Shown here piece after piece: positions 51,985 to 58,200 of a stretch of 58,200 nucleotides of DNA. A program made the translations under genes and the position numbers. Within the stretch, counting starts at the first letter, position 1; the number at the start of each line of letters is the position of its first letter. The notes below the pieces were generated by a model, which saw nothing but the letters and a program-made list of their open reading frames with translations, was not told the origin of the DNA and did not search any database. Source of the stretch: Octopus bimaculoides (Eukaryota); assembly GCF_001194135.2 (NCBI RefSeq), contig NC_068984.1, positions 13,700,246-13,758,445 of the forward strand, read 5' to 3'.

Positions 51985-52210
51985 ACCGACCCTCCCCTCC
52001 TTCAAACAAGCCCACAACCTACGAGACCTCTTGGTCCACAGCTTCTTCCCTAACCCAACCTACCAACCTGGCTCGTTCCCCTGCTCCCGCCCACGCTGCT
52101 GCACTTTCCCTTACCTCTCCAACACCACCCTCTTCACCGGCACCCATCATTGAACGTATCACATCACCGGCTCCTTCACCTGCACTTCTATTAATGTCAT
52201 CTACTGCATA
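51985..52210 (+). pseudogene. Penelope-like GIY-YIG linker remnant (second family)
   Basis: SFKQAHNLRDLLVHS...PGSFPCSRPRCCTFPYLSNTTLFTGTHH*TYHITGSFTCTSINVIYCI matches the NLRDxLV / CxxxRCxxC / F.C.S.NVIYCI pattern. Confidence 0.8.
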
Positions 52211-52528
52211 CAGTGGATGACATGCATACTTATGAATCGTATTTCTGTTTCTTGCAAGGCATTTGGACTCAGTATTAGCCTGGACAAGACTGTTGTGATG
52301 TTCCAACCTGCACCAGAAAATCCATATGTGGAACCAGCCCTCTTGGGTGACGGAACAATACTGAAAGTGGTAGATAAGTTTGTCTACTTGGGCAGCAAAC
52401 TTAGACATTCTTGCTCCCTGGATGAGGAAATATCATTCAGACTGTAGAGAACAACTGATTCCTTCCAGTCTCTTCAGTCTCGCGTCTGATCCCTGCATGG
52501 CATCAGAAGGCAAACAAAAATTGTTGTT
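52207..52528 (+). pseudogene. RTE/BovB-like LINE reverse-transcriptase remnant
   Basis: LMNRISVSCKAFGLSISLDKTVVMFQPAP...LKVVDKFVYLGSKL...SLDEEISFRL*...HGIRRQTKI, the post-YADD region of RTE RTs. Confidence 0.88.
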
Positions 52529-52927
52529 CGTGAATGGCTGAATGCCCACTTCACTTGGAAATGGATGGATCGTCGAGGTCCGCATTATTGGCCGGTCGAA
52601 AGCCCTGATTTAAAACCCTGTGACTTTTTTCTTTGGGGTTGGTTGAAGGAGCAAGTCTACACTACTAAATCAATGACTTTGAAAGAACTGGAAGAGCGAA
52701 TACAAGAAGGTATATCTTCCATCTGACAAGAGTTCATGATGAAATCAGTTGATGTGGTTCCTGGACAGCTTGAGAAGCTGGGGGCGAACGCTTGTGCCTA
52801 TATCGTATTTCAACTAAAACTCCATGCTATACGCTTTCTTCACATATTCATCTTTTCTAAAAATTACAGTTAATAAATAAATTATAGGTATTTTAAAATA
52901 GGGAGCTACTTTTCAGTCACCTTGTAT
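52526..52927 (+). mobile_element. Tc1/mariner 3' half with terminal sequence
   Basis: VREWLNAHF...WMDRRGPHYWPVESPDLKPCDFFLWGWLKEQVY...TLKELEERI (WPxxSPDLxPxDFxLWG motif); ends ...cttttcagtcaccttg|ta. Confidence 0.88.
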
Positions 52928-55900
52928 ATATATATATATATATTCATACGCATGTATATGGTTGTATAGTTGCAGGCATGTATGCATGTATGTATGTATG
53001 TATGTATGTATGTATGTATGTATGTATGTATGGAATGAACTAGAAAAAGCCGCACGAAACTTTGCGATAGTGATCTATAGCAATCTCTGAAGTTGACGCT
53101 AATGAGTTGTGATTAAGTTATTCTCCTTATCTAGCTTTAGACATAGAAACTACGAAATTATGACGGTTTAATATATTGGCTCAATAATGAGAGCTGTACA
53201 AGTATTAGATTCAAATATACTCAAAGTATACATGGTTATTCTTCTGTCAAAGATCTCATATGACCTTACCTCACTACATTTGACGAAAATGATGGCTATG
53301 GCATTAAACTGTATCATTCACCAAAACCAATTACAGGCTTTCGTTTGTATAACGATGCCAATGGTAACAACAGTGCTCCAATAAAAACGTCGTCATTGGG
53401 TTGGATCTACATGTGAGATATGAGCATGAGAGGCAAAATAGGAATATGTAGAAAAGATCTGCTGGAATCTCTTCTACAATTCTTACTAGTTAACCACACT
53501 TATGTCAAATATAATTGTATTTCTTCTGTGTATGATTGTATCACTCAGTAAAATTTATATACTTCATCACTATGATGGGTCGAGAAGAAATACATAAAAG
53601 TTAGGAAATTAATAAATGTACAGCTCTCATGTTTTGAACTAATATATTAAACAGTTGTCTATGTATCTAACGCAAAATAAAGAGAAGGACTTTATCCCAA
53701 ATTGTTTAAAGCAGATATTAACAATGTACAGATGATTTTACAACAAAATTACTTCTATCGCCAACATATAATATGCTGTTAAATCTATAACCGTTTACCG
53801 AAAACGTAAGTTGCTAACAAAATATATGGTTTCCCAATTCATCAGCTTCTTAAACCTGCTTCATGAACTTAATGCTTTCAATTTTGTTAATGTGAAGTTA
53901 TCAAGATAAATTTTATAAACTGTAAAAGATTTCTTTAGTAGCAAATAAGGAATGGATTTTAATAATCTAGAAACTGTACTATACTGTTTAATTACTCTGT
54001 GAGTAATTTGTAAGCATGAGACAAGTCGTGCTCCTGTCTTCATATCTTACCCCTTATTTTGCTGAAATAGCAATAACCCAACCATTGACAGAACTGTTTA
54101 TTTTGTCAGTGTATTTTCCTGATATCTAAAGTCTAATATAACAAAACGATACAGTAATTTCCTACTAGGTTATATCAGTGGTGCATCATATCTCAATCTC
54201 ATGTTTGACACTACATCATTTACCTATAGCCGTAAGCAGGAAATTGCTGTACGAATGTAAAAGTCAGTCATTCGTATAATATTATAATAAACAAGCGAAA
54301 GTCACAGTCGGAAACCATTATAGAATTATAACACTTTATTTCATTCTATAATGTTGTCGTCTTTTCTAATGATAATATACAGAAAGCATTTTCATTGAGT
54401 CATACTGAGTGGGTACATTTTAAAGGAACTTTAGCTGTGAGCATAGATTTATTTGCTAGTCACCGAAGAGCATTAAATATAATCTGCTAAAACGAATAGA
54501 CAAAATATACCCGAAAGCTAGAATTATCCTAGAAAATGAATCCAACTTGGAAACCAATATTGAGTTAACACTCTCTGCGTAAACATAGCATAAATTTCAC
54601 ATCGTGTGACAGTGCACGAACACGTGAGGTAATGTAATAGCTATAACAACCAAACACTTAAGATCTTACTGAAAGGCATCAGAATGTATGAACTTGGAAG
54701 TATTTTCTAATAGATAATATTTCATATTATAAGTACTATTATCATAAAACCACTAATAATAGGAAATACAGATATGAATCGTAAAACACTGGTGGCGTGG
54801 AGAGGGGAGTCCGGTATGCATGGCCGACTGCTGGTCTTCCATAAAACAACCTTGCCCGGACTTGTACCTCGGAGGGTAACTTTCTAGGTGCAATCCCATG
54901 GTCAGTCATGACCGAAGGGGGTCTCAGATGTATGTAGGGAAATATCGTGTGGCACAAATGGTAACGAAACTGGGGAGAAATGATCGGAATAAATTGTTTA
55001 GTGCAAGGTTGGGAAATGACCACCCAGTAGAAGCCAATCATTTATCACTTGAGTGCATGGTTTGGTAAACTTTCGCCAACTGTTCTCGGTTCCTATATAT
55101 TGTCGCGTACATATATATCCATCATATCGGCTATCCCGCCATTCAATTGAATATCTAGGATGTAACCGCTCATGGGAGAAAGGCCTGTACCAGTCAGTAT
55201 TCGAGTGCCTTTCAGCAGGGCTGTCTAGACAGGAGAACGTACAATGTGAAATATAATGCCATGCTGACGAGTACAACGCACCAATCGATCTAAAATTTGA
55301 TCCCACGGTATTACAACAATGAGTTGAATGCCCGAAGCATTCGACTACGCGCCTTCCGTGGAATAGGACACTCGGATAAAATAAAACTAAAGATGGAGGG
55401 GAGCCAAAAAATTAGGTGTTGTCATGTGAACATGCAATTTAATTTACAGCAAATAGGATTCGCCGTCTCTATAGTTGCATTAGAAATTGTCGAAAAACAG
55501 CGTGTCCTGTGGGGTAATCCTTTACTGTGTTGATGAATGAATCTTTTTCGAGAAGCCATCTAGCGTGTTTTATGAGTGTACCTCACACTGTGTGTATCTG
55601 TGTGTGTGAGGGCGTGTGTACATGTGCGTGTGTGCATGTGCGTGTGTGAGTGTGTGTGTGTGTATGTGTGGATCGTAGGTAAGCTTTATAGAGACTCAGC
55701 AACTAAAAAGAACTGAAGAGAAGGAGATACTGACCCTAAACGACGAGGGAGAGTCAACAATAGAGATCTATTTAATTGCCCTACGTGGAAGAAATTGCCG
55801 TTCTATCTACCAGCAAGTTCAGAATGTCATCATTTATAAGGATACGACACGGTCTAGTTAATGTAGGCAAATAGACGCATAAATAACTGAGGAACGATTA

Positions 55901-56059
55901 TAGGATAGGTCGGTTCAGAAATGATCTGAAGCTAAATATTAATAACAGTAGCATCAGCAAAAACTAAAGTTTACGAGTTTTATTGTCAAACAGGAATTAT
56001 ATCTCGTCTGAGATGCATAGTCTATCTTCGACTTTTATGCGGAAGATATCTCTTTCATT

Positions 56060-56272
56060 TGTTACAGTCATGTGACTGCGGCCATGCCGGAGAACCGTCT
56101 TTAGTCGAACAAATCGACTTCTTGTAAACTTTGTACTAATTATATCGGTCTGTTTTGCCCGAACTGCTAAGTTACGGGGACGTAAACGCACCACCATCGG
56201 TTGTGAAGCGATGGTGGGAGGGGGACAAAGACAGACACACAAGCATACACACACACACACGCACACACACAC

Positions 56273-56321
<49 letters not shown>

Positions 56322-56482
56322 CGACGGGCTTCTTTCAGTTTCCACCTACCAAATCCACTCACAAGGATTTGGTCGGCCCGAGGCTATAGTAAAATACACT
56401 TATCCAAGGTACCACGCAGTGGGACTGAACCCGGAACCATGTTGCTGGTAAGTAAGCTACTTGCCACACAACCACTCCTGCG
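56060..56482 (-). mobile_element. SINE family B, full length
   Basis: Head on the minus strand gcgcaggagtggttgtgtggcaagtagc...gggttcagtcccactgcgtgg; internal (CA)n(TA)n. Confidence 0.9.
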
Positions 56483-58037
56483 CCTATATCTTTCATATCA
56501 TTTTTTTTACCTTAGATATGCTGAACAAACTGACAGCTAGTGGCGGCCAAATACTGTGTTCTTACATTCTAATTGGGAGCGTTTCAAAAATGTTTTCTTA
56601 TGAAACATAAATTAATATCTGAAAAAAAAAACATACCAGTCACTAACCGTGTGTAAAACGTCAATACAAATAATGTATTAATAATATCCTTCAACATCCC
56701 AAATAGTCTCTTAAAGAAAACCCTTACGTATCTGGCAATATTCTTAGAGCTGAATGCCATATGAAAACATGAAAAATACTTGCCAAAGCCATGAGCAAAA
56801 TGTGTAACATTCAGTTGAAGAAAGTAAGTTCAATAAGCAAATGAAAATAACTGAGGTATATTCACACAATATAAGTAAATAGTATCAGAACGTATAAATT
56901 TTGTCACTCTCTCAAACTGGAAGATATACATGTAATTAATGCTTAAAGAAAGTTGTAAAGCTCATGTTAAATTAACTTGACAAGTGCATTCTTATTTCGA
57001 CGATCAAGAGATATTTAAGTCAATTCCTAACTCCTGAATGATATTGTTGGTAATGGAGTAAAATAACTTCAGGCTAGGAAAAAAAAATATAAAAGAGGTT
57101 AATTAAAGTCAATTAAAGATTCTTAAATACAATGAAGTATACAGGAAAATTGCTAATTGCTACATGGTTCTTCATATGTATCGTATAAATAACAATCAAT
57201 AAACTAGTCGAAATTTATTGTCTAAATAGCCAATCTAGATGCCGATTTACTGAGGTATAATGGAAAAGTGTAGTTTTAGCGCGATAATGAAAATTAAAGA
57301 ATACAGATTGATTCTTACATTCTTGGTTAAAACAGCGAAAAAATCCAATAGACAAAAAGGAAAATTAGATAATGCTAATTGAGGTCTTCTACTAAAGTAT
57401 TGTTGAGGGAATTGGATACAACTGAGCGGTGAAATAGCATAAGATTAATGAATAGATTAACAGTGAAATTTCGAAAATCGTCATCATATCACCAAGGAGA
57501 AGTTGTAAGCTGTCCACTTAAACGAAAAGGGGCCAATGGGCCTGAACAGGTTAAATTGATAAAGAAATTAAGTTTTCTTTTCAGCTCTACGAGGTATAAT
57601 GACTTCGTACAAAGAACTACCAGGTGAAAACAATCGAAATCGATTTCCCCAACATACCGTTTCCGTTTTAAAGGTAATCAATGATTTAGACGCTGGATAC
57701 AACTATATACAAATTTATATACAATATTTTAGATAGCCCCACTGCAATAATATGCTCAAACACCAACCATGTTTTTGTTGCAATAATTAATTGCAACAAT
57801 ACGCTTACATGTCACAGTATAAAGCAAATAGATGATCAAAGACGTTACCAACTTACAGAGTGCGTAAAATATTTGAGAACAGATATATGTTTATAAAAAA
57901 TAAAGACAGATATTTAATAACAGATAACTGTATTTATCAAAAAATGCCATGAGGATGAAAATAAACGTTCTTTTCTATAATGTTATTCAATAAAGCTACT
58001 TTCAACTTCAACGACTGCTTCTATATCAGATATAACT

Positions 58038-58200
58038 CATTTACATAATCTATATGAGATCCAAAACCTTTTGCATACTCTATATGAGATCTAAATCATT
58101 TACATAATCTATATGAGATCCAAAACCTTTTGCATACTCTATATGAGATCTAAATCATTTACATAATCTATATGAGATCCAAAACCTTTTGCATACTCTA
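58038..58200 (+). repeat. 59-bp tandem minisatellite, about 2.8 copies, running off the window end
   Basis: Unit catttacataatctatatgagatccaaaaccttttgcatactctatatgagatctaaat starts at 58038, 58097 and 58156, with identical copies. Confidence 0.95.

Noticed and set aside
54998-55533. Overlapping 67-102 aa ORFs in unique sequence
   Set aside because: No motif, splice pattern or preferred frame is recognisable, and the lengths are compatible with chance in this locally GC-richer patch.
58038-58200. CRISPR-like repeat array
   Set aside because: Units are contiguous and identical with no unique spacers, and the context is eukaryotic with no cas genes.

Overview
AT-rich, gap-riddled, repeat-dominated eukaryotic DNA. 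The SINE families and the extreme (CA)n/(TA)n/(TACA)n/(ATC)n microsatellite load resemble what I recall of Octopus (coleoid cephalopod) genomes; this is inference from memory, not a search. I recognise no intact host gene, rRNA, tRNA gene or CRISPR array. Nearly all listed ORFs are microsatellite or N-gap artefacts. Supported content: three families of tRNA-derived SINEs (about 15 copies), two Penelope-like (GIY-YIG) retroelement remnants, RTE and CR1/L2-like LINE remnants, Tc1/mariner remnants, fold-back MITEs, a probable solo LTR and a 59-bp dimeric minisatellite. The most interesting signal is a set of about 9 clear and 2 weak minimal type-I hammerhead ribozyme (HHR) motifs from at least 5 sequence families. 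They lie in Penelope-type terminal repeats and in short non-autonomous, retrozyme-like elements. One family has a shared non-canonical core (CUGUYGA instead of CUGANGA). A few splice-flanked open frames may be exons of an unidentified + strand gene or pseudogene, at low confidence.
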